32,000 nucleotides of DNA from Dickeya dadantii NCPPB 898. Lineage in GTDB: Bacteria; Pseudomonadota; Gammaproteobacteria; Enterobacterales; Enterobacteriaceae. The stretch covers positions 3,041,337 to 3,073,336 of the forward strand of contig NZ_CM001976.1 of NCBI RefSeq assembly GCF_000406145.1. The letters are read 5' to 3'. The notes under the pieces were generated by a model. It ran no database searches, was not told where the DNA came from, and saw only the letters and a list, made by a program, of their open reading frames with translations. The position numbers and the translations under genes were made by a program. Of the stretch, positions 9,959-19,642 are shown in pieces (the stretch's first letter is position 1; every line of letters begins with the position of its first letter).

Positions 9959-10830
9959 TATCTTTCCTTAGCCAGCCCATAAACAGTCTGCCCGCGCAGG
10001 TAAAATTCCCGACTGATCTGACTGAAGTTCTCTGAATGCCCGGCAAACAATAATCCGCCCGGTTTAAGCAGCGGAACAAAACGACGTAAAATGCGCTCTT
10101 GAGTCTCTTTATCAAAATAAATCATTACGTTACGACAAAAAATCGCATCAAAAGGCGCTGGCAGAGACCACTCGGGAGCCAACAGATTCACTTGCTGAAA
10201 ATGTATCATGTTCGCCAGATCCGGCCGCACGCGGACCAGCCCGCTGTGCGGCCCGGTTCCCCGTAAAAAGAAACGCTGCATCTGCTGTGGAGAAAGCGAA
10301 CGCAGATCCTCCTGCCGGTAAATGCCGGCAGACGCTTTCTCTAAAACCTGTGTATCAATATCGCTGGCTATGATCTGACAGTTACTGGCACGGTCACCAT
10401 AGACTTCAGCAAGGGTCATCGCCAGTGAATAGGGTTCTTCTCCCGTAGACGCGGCAGTACACCAGATGCTGTATCCGCCAGGCCGCTTGCGTGCGTGCTC
10501 GGCAAGAATGGGGAAATGGTGTGCCTCACGAAAAAACGCGGTCAGATTGGTCGTTAACGCATTAATAAATGCCTGCCATTCAGCACTGTTCGGATCCGAC
10601 TCCAGCAAAGCAAGGTACTGGCCAAAATCGTTGATTCCCAGTAAGCGCAACCGTCTGACCAGGCGGTTATAGACCATTTCACGTTTATGGTCAGCCAGCA
10701 CGATGCCAGCACGCTGATAGATAAGCTGGCTGATTCTTCGAAAATGAACATCAGACAGCGGCAACCGTTCAACCATCTGACTTAAAATAGATGTAGAACC
10801 TGAACGATTTGGCGATGGTGTATTTTTCAT
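9958..10830 (-). CDS. cheR: Chemotaxis methyltransferase CheR
   Basis: 290 aa. It has the SAM-dependent MTase motifs ([29 protein letters not shown]) and the CheR N-terminal helical domain. Confidence 0.97.
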   Translation of the reverse strand: MKNTPSPNRSGSTSILSQMVERLPLSDVHFRRISQLIYQRAGIVLADHKREMVYNRLVRRLRLLGINDFGQYLALLESDPNSAEWQAFINALTTNLTAFFREAHHFPILAEHARKRPGGYSIWCTAASTGEEPYSLAMTLAEVYGDRASNCQIIASDIDTQVLEKASAGIYRQEDLRSLSPQQMQRFFLRGTGPHSGLVRVRPDLANMIHFQQVNLLAPEWSLPAPFDAIFCRNVMIYFDKETQERILRRFVPLLKPGGLLFAGHSENFSQISREFYLRGQTVYGLAKER

Positions 10831-11210
10831 ATCTGACCGCCCGAAAATGGATAGATGATTTTATTGTTTTCCAATCAGACTTCCCATTATAGCTATTACA
10901 GGTCTCATGCTTTAATCTCCGGCATCTTCTTATACGATGAACCGGGTACCATCCATAATACCAGCGGGAAGCGTGCTTTCATCAGCCCTTCTCCGACGGA
11001 TTAATGGCGGTAATCATGCGATGGTTTACATTGATGCCTTTTCGGCATTGTTCACCGTGAAGATTGCTCACCGAAAAGTAATGCCACTCTATATTGTCAC
11101 CATATGCATATAGTCACCATTCGCTCCTGAGCGCTGCCGACCCGTATCTGACTAGCAACCACGTTCAGAATCCCGTTAAAATATGCCCATACAGTTGGCA
11201 TTACTTATAT

Positions 11211-11237
11211 CAATCGGCCGTATTAAACCTTTCTTTA
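11211..11237 (-). promoter_or_regulatory. Sigma28 (FliA) promoter facing cheRBYZ
   Basis: The minus strand reads TAAAGAAA-(11 nt: ggtttaatacg)-GCCGATTG against the consensus TAAAGTTT-N11-GCCGATAA. The TAAAG and GCCGAT cores and the spacing are exact. It lies ~380 nt upstream of the cheR ATG, inside the 727-bp gap. Confidence 0.65.
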
Positions 11238-11520
11238 ACTAAAGAAGCGTCATAACGGTAACAAAAATTAAAACTGCAACCTTTGTCTCAAAACCGCAGC
11301 CGTATCAATACCGCCTGCATAACATTAAGGCACAGAATCCCTTAAAAATATCTTAAGTAAACATCATCCAATATAGCGTCTCCCTGCCATTTTTTTGTTC
11401 CGTGATGCAGCTTTCATTAGTAAGAAAAAAGAAAGCTGTAAAAATCATCAGATGAAAATCTATGCTCAGCATTGTTATTGTTGCTCAGGATAAGTTTTCA
11501 TTATTGCTTGTCTATTTATC

Positions 11521-11546
11521 GGATGGGCCGATAACCTGGCCCATCC
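11521..11546 (-). terminator. Hairpin immediately downstream of the Tsr-like MCP
   Basis: GGATGGGCC-(8 nt)-GGCCCATCC is a perfect 9-bp GC-rich stem starting 10 nt after the MCP stop. There is no U-tract (the minus strand continues gataaatag), so termination efficiency is uncertain. Confidence 0.45.
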
Positions 11547-11556
11547 GACTCAGCGA

Positions 11557-13257
11557 TTAAAAGGTTTCCCAGTTCTCGGTGGTTTTACTGGTTCTGGCCT
11601 TTTGCTCTTTTTCTGCAGAAGCCGACGTTGCCAGAAGAACTGGTTTCGCGACCGGCGCCCGCGAGGCAATCGCAGTTGGGCGTCCAGCCATCGCGTTGTC
11701 TGACAACCGGAATACGGCCACCGCCTGATTCAGCACCCGAACCTGCTCTTCAAGCGCGTGCGCCGCAGAAGCCGACTCTTCCACCAGCGAAGCATTCTGT
11801 TGGGTCACTCGGTCCATCTCGGTTACCGCCAGGCCAACCTGATCGATACCGCGGCTTTGCTCCTCAGACGCCGAAGCAATTTCCCCCATGATGTCAGTAA
11901 CGCGTGTAACGGCACCAACGATCTCGCCCATGGTTTCACCCGCACTTTCAACCAGTACAGAGCCTTCTTCAACCCGATTTACCGAATCCTCAATCAGAGA
12001 TTTAATCTCTTTTGCCGCTTGAGCGCTTCGTTGTGCCAGATTACGTACCTCTCCTGCCACAACAGCAAAGCCTCTTCCCTGCTCCCCGGCTCTGGCCGCT
12101 TCGACAGCAGCGTTCAGCGCCAGGATATTGGTCTGAAAAGCGATACCGTCGATCACGCTGGTGATATCAGCAATCTTCTGCGAACTACCGGCAATGTTAT
12201 GCATGGTTTTCACCACGTTATCGACAACCTTACCGCCTTTCTGCGCTGTTTCAGAGGCGCTCAACGCCAGTTGACTTGCCTGACGCGCATTTTCGGCGTT
12301 CTGCTTCACGGTGGATGTCAACTGTTCCATGCTGGCTGCGGTTTCCTCCAGCGCGGCAGCCTGCTGTTCGGTTCTTGAGGACAAGTCACTATTGCCGGCG
12401 CTGATTTCCGATGCACCGGTATAAATGGCTTCTGCCCCCTGACGAACCGCGCTGACCGTCGTAAAGAACTCAGTCTGCATGTGACGCAGGCTATCGGCCA
12501 GGATCCCCATTTCGTTCGTGCCATGGAAATCAATCCGGGTAGTCAGGTCGCCTTTCGCCATATGTCGGATATGTTCGATAAGATTAGTCAATGGCTGAAT
12601 AAGCGAACGGTTGATACCCAGCCAGACGAGCAGCGCCATCACGACAACCAGTATCGCTACCGATATCAGCAGCCATAATGCCGTCGAATAAGCCGAATTA
12701 TTTTCCTCCACGGCATTGGCATAGACTTTGTCGTAAGATTCTTTGTAAGAATAATAGGCCTTCTCGAACTTGTCCTGGAAACTTTGGGTCGGCTGATCAA
12801 AAAACTCCTTCAGCTTGCCATTGGAAATAAAAACAATCAGATCACTTAATGCGCTGTTCAATACGGTGTAATTATCTTTCACCACTTGAGCTACAGCCGG
12901 ATCCTGCTGATTGGTATAAGGGATTTTTTCATAGTTGGCGAAGTGAGTATTAGCGATAACCAGCTGTTTTTTCGCCAGTTCAATCAGTTCCTTGGCTGAC
13001 ACGCCGCCAGAAGCGCCGCCTGATGCGTCCATGGCATAACGCGTTCCGGCACGGTTTAACGTGTTGCGCGTCTGCAATAAATAAGACCAGGTAGATTCCA
13101 GTTCTGATTTCTGCTGATTAATAATTCGCGTTGTCGTGAAGATATCTCTATCCGACTTCAGTGCATTAAAAAATAACCCACCAGAAATGATTTGAAGAGC
13201 AATGAATAGTCCAAGAACAATAACGAGCCCGGTAACAACTTTTACACGATTCAGCAT
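11557..13257 (-). CDS. tsr: Methyl-accepting chemotaxis protein, Tsr-like (four-helix-bundle sensor, HAMP, signalling domain, NWETF tether)
   Basis: The track ORF starts at TTG 13275. ATG 13257 ([18 protein letters not shown]...) has an AGG 6 nt upstream and aligns with E. coli Tsr MLKRIKIV.... The periplasmic domain is collinear with Tsr ([27 protein letters not shown]). The signalling domain is nearly identical, and the C-terminal NWETF CheR/CheB docking pentapeptide is present. Confidence 0.9.
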   Translation of the reverse strand: MLNRVKVVTGLVIVLGLFIALQIISGGLFFNALKSDRDIFTTTRIINQQKSELESTWSYLLQTRNTLNRAGTRYAMDASGGASGGVSAKELIELAKKQLVIANTHFANYEKIPYTNQQDPAVAQVVKDNYTVLNSALSDLIVFISNGKLKEFFDQPTQSFQDKFEKAYYSYKESYDKVYANAVEENNSAYSTALWLLISVAILVVVMALLVWLGINRSLIQPLTNLIEHIRHMAKGDLTTRIDFHGTNEMGILADSLRHMQTEFFTTVSAVRQGAEAIYTGASEISAGNSDLSSRTEQQAAALEETAASMEQLTSTVKQNAENARQASQLALSASETAQKGGKVVDNVVKTMHNIAGSSQKIADITSVIDGIAFQTNILALNAAVEAARAGEQGRGFAVVAGEVRNLAQRSAQAAKEIKSLIEDSVNRVEEGSVLVESAGETMGEIVGAVTRVTDIMGEIASASEEQSRGIDQVGLAVTEMDRVTQQNASLVEESASAAHALEEQVRVLNQAVAVFRLSDNAMAGRPTAIASRAPVAKPVLLATSASAEKEQKARTSKTTENWETF

Positions 13258-13341
13258 ATTAAGCCTTAATAACAACGATCACTGATGCTTGAGCATCTCT
13301 ATAACTTTTGAATTCCAGAGATTGAGGGTATCAAATGACAT

Positions 13342-13359
13342 GGGCCACCGAAGTGGCCC
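13342..13359 (-). terminator. Hairpin downstream of cheW
   Basis: GGGCCAC-cgaa-GTGGCCC has a 7-bp stem and a tetraloop, 16 nt after the cheW stop. The U-tract is poor (atgtcatttg), so it may be leaky. Confidence 0.4.
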
Positions 13360-13374
13360 AATATGGCTGGTTTA

Positions 13375-13872
13375 TTAAACCTTCATGACGCTGTCAACCA
13401 ACGCCATTTCCTCGCTGCTGAGTAGTTTCTCAATATCAACCAGAATCAGCATACGTTCGCCCAGAGAACCCAGACCGGTGAGATATTCCGTCGACAGGGT
13501 CACCGCAAACTCCGGCGCCGGACGAATTTGATCGGCAGTCAGTGACAACACGTCAGACACGCCATCAACCACAATACCCACGACACGCTGCCCCAAATTC
13601 AAAACAATGACGACCGTATTGTCATCATAGTCGACTTCCTGCTGCATGAATTTAATGCGCAAATCGACAATCGGCACAATGACGCCGCGAAGATTGGTAA
13701 CGCCTTTAATAAAGCTAGGCGTGTTGGCAATGCGAGTGACTTGATCGTAACCGCGAATCTCTTGAACCTTCAAAATATCCACGCCGTACTCTTCGTCACC
13801 CAGCGTGAAAATCAAAAATTCCTGACCTACTGTCTCGCCTGCTAATTTTGTGACATTTGCAAGTCCAGTCAT
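13375..13872 (-). CDS. cheW: Chemotaxis coupling protein CheW
   Basis: The track ORF starts at GTG 13881. ATG 13872 ([30 protein letters not shown]...) follows AGGTGAG and matches the E. coli CheW start. Near-identical throughout. Confidence 0.97.
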   Translation of the reverse strand: MTGLANVTKLAGETVGQEFLIFTLGDEEYGVDILKVQEIRGYDQVTRIANTPSFIKGVTNLRGVIVPIVDLRIKFMQQEVDYDDNTVVIVLNLGQRVVGIVVDGVSDVLSLTADQIRPAPEFAVTLSTEYLTGLGSLGERMLILVDIEKLLSSEEMALVDSVMKV

Positions 13873-13907
13873 GTTTCTCACCTTTAATCTATAGCTGTAA
13901 TTTGCTG

Positions 13908-15935
13908 TTAAGCTGCGGTTTCAACCACACGCTTTTCCCGATAAAGCGCCTGCAACGCAGAAACATCCACAATCAGCGCTACGCTACCATCACCCAAAAT
14001 AGTTGCGGCTGAAACGCCTGGCACCTTGCGATAATTGCTTTCCAGGTTTTTCACAACAACCTGATGCTGACCAATCAACTGGTCAACCAGCAAGGCATAA
14101 CGACGACCGGCACTCTGCAGGATAACAACGATACCCTGAGTGGCATCCGTTTTTGCTCCGGCGACATCGAACACCTGATACAGCTCAACCAGTGGCAGAT
14201 ATTCGCCACGAACCTGCAGCACACGCTCCCCACCCGCCAGAGGATACAAATCCTCGGCCTGCGGCTGCGAGGACTCCATGACCGCGTTAAGCGGCAGGAT
14301 AAATACTTCATTATTGACCTTGACCGACATCCCATCCAGGATCGCCAGCGTCAACGGCAGAAGAATGCGGATGGTGGTTCCTTTCCCTTTCACGAAATGA
14401 ATTTCAACATGCCCACCCATCTCCTGAATATTCCGTTTCACCACATCCATGCCAACGCCACGGCCCGACACATCTGTCACTTTCTCAGCAGTAGAAAAGC
14501 CGGGAGCAAAAATCAGCATGCCGACTTCTTCATCAGTCATGCTATCGCTTACCGCCATCCCCTGAGATAGGGCTTTGGCCAGGATACGTTCGCGATTCAG
14601 ACCGGCGCCGTCGTCAATTACTTCGATACAGATATTGCCGCCCTGATGTTCCGCAGACAACGTCAGGTTGCCCACGGCCGACTTGCCCGCTTCAATACGT
14701 TTTTCCGGTGATTCGATACCATGGTCGAGACTGTTACGCACAAGGTGCGTCAACGGGTCAATAATGCGTTCGATCAGACTCTTATCCAGCTCGGTTGAAC
14801 TCCCCAACTGGGTCAGTTCAACTTCTTTGCCCAGCTTGGCGGCCAGGTCGCGAACCAGACGCGGGAAACGGCTGAATACATATTCCATCGGCATCATACG
14901 GATGGACATCACGGACTCTTGCAAGTCACGCGCATTGCGTTCTAACTGCCCCATGCTATTAAGCAGGTCGCCATGAGCGACCGGATCCAGAGCACTGGAA
15001 CGCTGAGCCAGCATCGACTGAGTAATCACCAGCTCACCAACCAGGTTAATGAGCTGGTCAACTTTTTCCACCGCCACACGAATACTGGTATCACCAGTTT
15101 TTTGTCTGCCTTTGGCCGCGTCATTGCCGCCTGCCGGTTTGGCCGTCGGTGCAGACGCCACTGGCGCAACAGGCTGAACGGGCGCAGCAGGCGCAGATTC
15201 GACCGGTGCAACGGGTGGTGCCGCGTCGGCTGGCGCCGCCTCAGCGACAGATTTGAAGTTGATTTGGTCCGGCTCCAGCACAAAACACAGCACAGCGCTG
15301 ATGTCATCTTCACTGGCTGACGTATCCAGCGTTAGTTCAACACTAGTGCTAGTCTGCGCCGTATCCTTCACCGTACCCAGATTTCCCAGTTCCTCAAGCA
15401 ACTGGGGAATATCCGACTCTTTCAGATTGGTAAGGGCAATACGCAATCCCGAATGACCGCCGGCGGAAGCCGGTGCAGGGGTCGCGGAAACCGGTTGTTC
15501 AGCCGCTACCTTGACAGGGACAGCTCCGGCAGCACCATCTTCTTTGGACTCCAGAGCAAGCTGGCGCAGAGCCTGGCAGATATACTCAAAGCTTTCGGCG
15601 TTGGGCTCTTGCGCGGTTTTGTAAGCATCCAACTGATCCTGCATGATATCTTTGGTTTCCAAAAACAGGTTGATAATATCAGTGCTCAATCGCATTTCAC
15701 CGCGCCTGGCACCATCCAACAGGTTTTCTAATATGTGTGTGGTTTCTTGCAATACCTTGAAACCGAACGTTCCCGCGCCCCCTTTAATCGAGTGAGCAGC
15801 GCGAAATATGGCATTCATCTGTTCCGTATCGGGCGCTAACGGATCAAGTTGCAATAAATGCTGCTCCATGTCCGCCAACAATTCATCTGCTTCATCAAAG
15901 AATGTTTGATAAAAAGCACTCATGTCCATGCTCAC
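13908..15935 (-). CDS. cheA: Chemotaxis histidine kinase CheA
   Basis: P1 ([12 protein letters not shown]), P3-P4 kinase core and P5 are collinear with E. coli CheA. GTG 15935 gives [20 protein letters not shown], matching E. coli MSMDISDFYQ. The track start GTG 15944 overlaps the motB stop (GTGA) and is an alternative. Confidence 0.96.
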   Translation of the reverse strand: MSMDMSAFYQTFFDEADELLADMEQHLLQLDPLAPDTEQMNAIFRAAHSIKGGAGTFGFKVLQETTHILENLLDGARRGEMRLSTDIINLFLETKDIMQDQLDAYKTAQEPNAESFEYICQALRQLALESKEDGAAGAVPVKVAAEQPVSATPAPASAGGHSGLRIALTNLKESDIPQLLEELGNLGTVKDTAQTSTSVELTLDTSASEDDISAVLCFVLEPDQINFKSVAEAAPADAAPPVAPVESAPAAPVQPVAPVASAPTAKPAGGNDAAKGRQKTGDTSIRVAVEKVDQLINLVGELVITQSMLAQRSSALDPVAHGDLLNSMGQLERNARDLQESVMSIRMMPMEYVFSRFPRLVRDLAAKLGKEVELTQLGSSTELDKSLIERIIDPLTHLVRNSLDHGIESPEKRIEAGKSAVGNLTLSAEHQGGNICIEVIDDGAGLNRERILAKALSQGMAVSDSMTDEEVGMLIFAPGFSTAEKVTDVSGRGVGMDVVKRNIQEMGGHVEIHFVKGKGTTIRILLPLTLAILDGMSVKVNNEVFILPLNAVMESSQPQAEDLYPLAGGERVLQVRGEYLPLVELYQVFDVAGAKTDATQGIVVILQSAGRRYALLVDQLIGQHQVVVKNLESNYRKVPGVSAATILGDGSVALIVDVSALQALYREKRVVETAA

Positions 15936-15940
15936 GTGGG

Positions 15941-17071
15941 TCACCTCTGCTGTGAATCGCGGCTTGTTGAAGAAGGTGTCGCCTGGCTATCAGGTGCTGC
16001 GGGCAAAGCTGTAGTAGGCTGCCGACGTCCTGTCGTCGACGCGCCATTCGCCCCCGATGCCGGCGCCGTCGTTGCCGGTGCCTGAGCAGGAGCCACAGTT
16101 GAGCCAGATACAGGCGTCCCATTGGTTTCGGGTTGTGGTGCAGCCGTACTGTTACCGTTATCGGCAGGCGCGGTAGCAGGTTTGGCCTTATCCATCCCCA
16201 TGTTTTGTAAATTTTCTATTTTATCAATGTTTACTGCGCTGCTTTCAGCATTTTCACGCTCAATGTTTTCCTGCGCCTGCTTGTTAAGGACAACCAGACT
16301 GATACGCCGGTTGATGGCATCGCTGCCGCCCTTCGCCTGCTTTAGATTCATCGTGTCGGCCATACCAACTACGCGCAGAACCTTACCTTCAGCCAGTCCA
16401 CCTATAATCAGTTCACGCCGGGAAGCATTAGCGCGATCGGCCGACAATTCCCAGTTACTGTAGCCCCGCTCCCCCATCGCATACTGAGCATCATCAGTAT
16501 GGCCCGATAAACTGATTTTATTAGGAATATCATTCAAAATTGGCGCGATAGCTCGCAAAATATCGCTCATGTACGGCTCAACCTGGGCGCTGCCGGTTTT
16601 AAACATTGGGCGATTGTTGCTGTCGATAATTTGAATACGTAGTCCTTCATCCACCATTTCAATCAACAGGTGCGGACGTAACGCTTTAAGACGGGGATCA
16701 GCCTCAATCAACTGATCGAGCCGCTCCCGCAGTTTGTTCAGTTTGATTTCCTCAAGACGGCCGTCCATGGTGTCAATCTGCCGCTTTACATCGCCTTCTT
16801 GCTGAGTGGGATCCGAACCACCGCCCGGAATGGGGTTGGAGGCATCACTCATCTTCGGACCAGAGGTAATGGCAATTTTCAATGGTGTGCGGAAATATTC
16901 GGCAATCTGAGCCAACTGGGAAGGTGAGGAAATGGCGATCAGCCACATGACCAGAAAGAGAGCCATCATAGCAGTCATGAAGTCGGCGTAAGCAATCTTC
17001 CATGAACCACCATGATGAGCGGCATGCCCCGATTTACGTTTTTTGCGGATAATGGGATGCTGGTGTTTCAT
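15941..17071 (-). CDS. motB: Flagellar stator protein MotB (OmpA-like peptidoglycan-binding domain) with extended low-complexity C-terminus
   Basis: 376 aa. It has the N-terminal TM/plug region with the conserved Asp ([21 protein letters not shown]) and an OmpA-like domain ([17 protein letters not shown]). Its ATGA start overlaps the motA stop. Confidence 0.96.
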   Translation of the reverse strand: MKHQHPIIRKKRKSGHAAHHGGSWKIAYADFMTAMMALFLVMWLIAISSPSQLAQIAEYFRTPLKIAITSGPKMSDASNPIPGGGSDPTQQEGDVKRQIDTMDGRLEEIKLNKLRERLDQLIEADPRLKALRPHLLIEMVDEGLRIQIIDSNNRPMFKTGSAQVEPYMSDILRAIAPILNDIPNKISLSGHTDDAQYAMGERGYSNWELSADRANASRRELIIGGLAEGKVLRVVGMADTMNLKQAKGGSDAINRRISLVVLNKQAQENIERENAESSAVNIDKIENLQNMGMDKAKPATAPADNGNSTAAPQPETNGTPVSGSTVAPAQAPATTAPASGANGASTTGRRQPTTALPAAPDSQATPSSTSRDSQQR

Positions 17072-17955
17072 GCGTCATTTTCCGATGCCTGCTGTGCCGG
17101 TGCCTTCACATTACGAATATGCTCTTCCATTTCGGTAAACGAAGGACGCACTGTTGAGTAAAGGGTTTTACGACCGAATTCAACAGCAATCTGCGGCGCA
17201 TAACCATTCAGGCTGGATAACAGCGTCACCTTGATGCACTGAAGGACCTTGATCTTTTCCGAGTTCTTCTGGCGTAACAGCGACGCCAGCGGCGACACGA
17301 AGCCATAAGCCAGCAAAATACCCAGGAACGTCCCCACCATCGCATGGGCGATCATCATCCCCAGCTCTGCGGCAGGGCGATCGACAAACGCCAGTGAATG
17401 CACAACCCCCATGACCGCCGCCACGATACCGAATGCGGGCAAGCCATCCCCCATCAGGTTCAGACTGGTGGCCGGCACTTCGACTTCATGCTCGACAGTT
17501 TCGATCTCTTCATCCATCAGCGTTTCGATTTCAAACGCATTCATGTTGCCACTAACCATCAGTCGCAAATAATCCGTGACGAATTCTACGATATAGTCAT
17601 CAGAAAGGATGCGGGGATAATTGGAGAAAATCTCACTCTCTTTTGGGTTGTCGATATCAAACTCCAGTGAGAGCATCCCCTGCTGACGGGACTTGGCCAT
17701 CAGCCGGAATAATACCGCCATCAGATCCATGTATACGGCTTTCGTATATTGGGAGCCTTTCAACAGCGTGGGAAGCGCTTTCAGCGTCGCCTTGATCGCT
17801 TTGCCGTTGTTACCAACAATAAACGCACCAGCAGCCGCACCACCAATAATCAACAGTTCCGAAGGCTGATACAACGCCCCCAACTCGCCACCCACGATAA
17901 GATAACCGCCAAGTATGGAGCCTATAGTGACAAGATAACCCAATATAACCAGCAC
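17068..17955 (-). CDS. motA: Flagellar stator protein MotA
   Basis: 295 aa with a GTG start (as in E. coli). [45 protein letters not shown] is collinear with E. coli MotA. Confidence 0.97.
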   Translation of the reverse strand: MLVILGYLVTIGSILGGYLIVGGELGALYQPSELLIIGGAAAGAFIVGNNGKAIKATLKALPTLLKGSQYTKAVYMDLMAVLFRLMAKSRQQGMLSLEFDIDNPKESEIFSNYPRILSDDYIVEFVTDYLRLMVSGNMNAFEIETLMDEEIETVEHEVEVPATSLNLMGDGLPAFGIVAAVMGVVHSLAFVDRPAAELGMMIAHAMVGTFLGILLAYGFVSPLASLLRQKNSEKIKVLQCIKVTLLSSLNGYAPQIAVEFGRKTLYSTVRPSFTEMEEHIRNVKAPAQQASENDA

Positions 17956-18088
17956 AAGAATTCCTTATAGATAGTAAAAGGGTGGCGGAGAGAGTTATAA
18001 ATGCAGTCTTACCAACGACTTATTTGGAGGGAATACTGCCATCGGGCAATGAACACGCGATGACAGAACCACAAAATCGCCATCAGGC

Positions 18089-18670
18089 TCAGACTGCATG
18101 TTTAACCTGTTCGTCCAGCAGTTGAGGTATGATATCGGCAACGCTCGGCGAAAGTTTACGTCTTTTTACTGCTCTGGAGGGTGGCTGGCATAAACTGCAG
18201 ACAAAACTATTCTTGGGCTGGTGCGCATGGGTAATAAACATTCCCTTGCAGCAATTACATGCGGACAGTTGCAACATGCCGCTATCCACAAAACGGACCA
18301 ATGTCCAGGCGCGGGTCAACGCCAGCAAAGGCACATCGCTTTGGGGAGCACATTGTTCGAGGTAAAGGCGATAAGCCTTGATTACCGCCTCGACGCCGGT
18401 GCATTGTCCATTTTTGAGCAAAAACAGATAGGCGTTATAGAACATGGAAGAATGAATATTCTGTTCCCATGTCATGAACCAGTCGGTAGAAAACGGCAGC
18501 ATTCCTTTCGGCGGAGGGCTACCTCGCAATTCTTTATACAGCTTGATCAAGCGACCGCGACTTAATTGCGTCTCGCTTTCCAGCATCTGCAGACGCGCGC
18601 CCAGTGAAATGAGCTCCATCGCCAGCTGGATATCCTTAGCTTCCTGAACAATACTTTTTTCCGCCATCAT
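18089..18670 (-). CDS. flhC: Flagellar master regulator subunit FlhC
   Basis: 193 aa and nearly identical to E. coli FlhC ([47 protein letters not shown]...). The zinc-site cysteines (CNCC...CSLC) are present. Its start shares one nt with the flhD stop (TAATG). Confidence 0.98.
   Translation of the reverse strand: MMAEKSIVQEAKDIQLAMELISLGARLQMLESETQLSRGRLIKLYKELRGSPPPKGMLPFSTDWFMTWEQNIHSSMFYNAYLFLLKNGQCTGVEAVIKAYRLYLEQCAPQSDVPLLALTRAWTLVRFVDSGMLQLSACNCCKGMFITHAHQPKNSFVCSLCQPPSRAVKRRKLSPSVADIIPQLLDEQVKHAV
18132..18158 (-). promoter_or_regulatory. Sigma28 (FliA) promoter for motAB-cheAW, embedded in the 3' end of flhC
   Basis: The minus strand reads TAAACTTT-(11 nt: cgccgagcgtt)-GCCGATAT, matching 7/8 and 7/8 of TAAAGTTT-N11-GCCGATAA with exact spacing. 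It lies 43-69 nt upstream of the flhC stop and ~180 nt upstream of the motA GTG. Confidence 0.75.
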
Positions 18671-19020
18671 TATGCCCTTTTCTTAGGCAAGCCTTCTTCT
18701 TTTGAAGACAGCTCTTGTAATAAATGACTCGACAACAAAATACCGGTATGGATCTGTTGCAGATCGTCAACCCGGGATTCTTGTGTTAATAACTTAATCG
18801 TATTGTGATCACTGAAGCGGAAATGACATATTAACTGATTGGTTTCAGCGAGCTTTACCATTTGCGGCAAAGTCATCTGCATCAATGCTTCGGCCATTTC
18901 TTCATTGATACCCAACCGAAACATTGCTGATGCTTTTTCGTCATTTATTAATCGCTGAGCCAGTAACAAATAAGACAAATTGATGTCATAAATGTGCTTG
19001 AGCAATTCAGAGGTACCCAT
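18670..19020 (-). CDS. flhD: Flagellar master regulator subunit FlhD
   Basis: 116 aa. [43 protein letters not shown]... is collinear with E. coli FlhD. Confidence 0.97.
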   Translation of the reverse strand: MGTSELLKHIYDINLSYLLLAQRLINDEKASAMFRLGINEEMAEALMQMTLPQMVKLAETNQLICHFRFSDHNTIKLLTQESRVDDLQQIHTGILLSSHLLQELSSKEEGLPKKRA

Positions 19021-19241
19021 ATTCCCATCCCGACAGACTATGTTTCAAACATAAGTTAGGTGATAGACTGCTCACCCGCTAAACAATCACTCTCCATAGG
19101 TGGCATGAAAACTATCGGTGCCAGATAATTCTACTACTTTATAATCTTCTAATATGACGAAAAATACAGCATCAACATTGATGCGTCTGAGGTTCCATCT
19201 CTTCATAACGCCAGGCTCATCCTTTCTCTGTATTGCGTCCA

Positions 19242-19255
19242 ACATAGAACGTAGG
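19242..19255. promoter_or_regulatory. RcsAB-box-like palindrome in the flhDC leader/promoter region
   Basis: TAGGATTAATCCTA contains the perfect 12-bp palindrome AGGATTAATCCT and matches 11/14 positions of the RcsAB box consensus TAAGAATATTCCTA. In E. coli the RcsAB box of flhDC lies just downstream of the transcription start. Confidence 0.5.
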
Positions 19256-19330
19256 ATTAATCCTAATCCTCCGCCACTGTACCGCCTTCGGCCTAACTCA
19301 TACAACGCAGGCATATAAGCATTTTGATAA

Positions 19331-19352
19331 TTATGTGACCTTAGTCACAAAA
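19331..19352. promoter_or_regulatory. CRP-cAMP binding site upstream of flhDC
   Basis: TGTGA-ccttag-TCACA (core 19334-19349) is a perfect match to TGTGA-N6-TCACA. It lies ~320 bp upstream of the flhD ATG. E. coli flhDC is CRP-activated from an upstream site and has a long leader. Confidence 0.75.
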
Positions 19353-19642
19353 ATGAAAGAGGCGAAACATAATATTTCACTGATTTTTACCCCGCAGTGA
19401 AATTTTCCTGAACACAATATGATCACAACAGGAGAAAAAAACTCCCCACAATAGAATTTCGCCCGAAACCATAAAATCAATTAACTGATTTTAAAAGAAA
19501 AAAAACACCACAGCTGCTTATCAGATTAAACCGCGACTCTACAACCACTTTGATTTACATTAATATTTCTAATTTTATTACTTAAGTTACTATTTCGTTC
19601 GTGTATTTTATGTCGATATAACGAAACACAGGAGCCATTTTC

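Noticed and set aside
11527-11534. Exact GCCGATAA (sigma28 -10 consensus) on the plus strand
   Set aside because: It sits in the loop of the MCP terminator hairpin and has no TAAA -35 element at the correct spacing. It also points into the 3' end of a convergent gene.
11628-12678. Plus-strand ORFs (87, 206, 65 aa) and a 71-aa minus ORF inside the Tsr-like MCP; similar ORFs at 21313-22290 inside the second MCP
   Set aside because: They are antisense or out-of-frame shadows of the highly conserved MCP signalling domain. The real frame is unambiguous by homology.
13290-13320. AAAAGTTA -35-like element upstream of the Tsr-like MCP
   Set aside because: No GCCGATAA-like -10 lies 11 nt downstream (the sequence there is AGCATCAG), so it is not called as a promoter.
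14064-15731. Multiple overlapping ORFs (up to 168 aa) within cheA, including those over the Ala/Pro-rich P2-P3 linker (15093-15248)
   Set aside because: The CheA frame is continuous and homologous end to end. The linker is only ~20 aa longer than my recollection of E. coli CheA. The GC-rich repeat simply keeps other frames open.
19087-19314. 75-aa minus-strand ORF between flhD and the CRP site
   Set aside because: It lies in the expected flhDC promoter/leader and contains the RcsAB-like palindrome. Its start is at or upstream of the likely transcription start. I saw no ribosome-binding site or recognisable family. Treated as non-coding.
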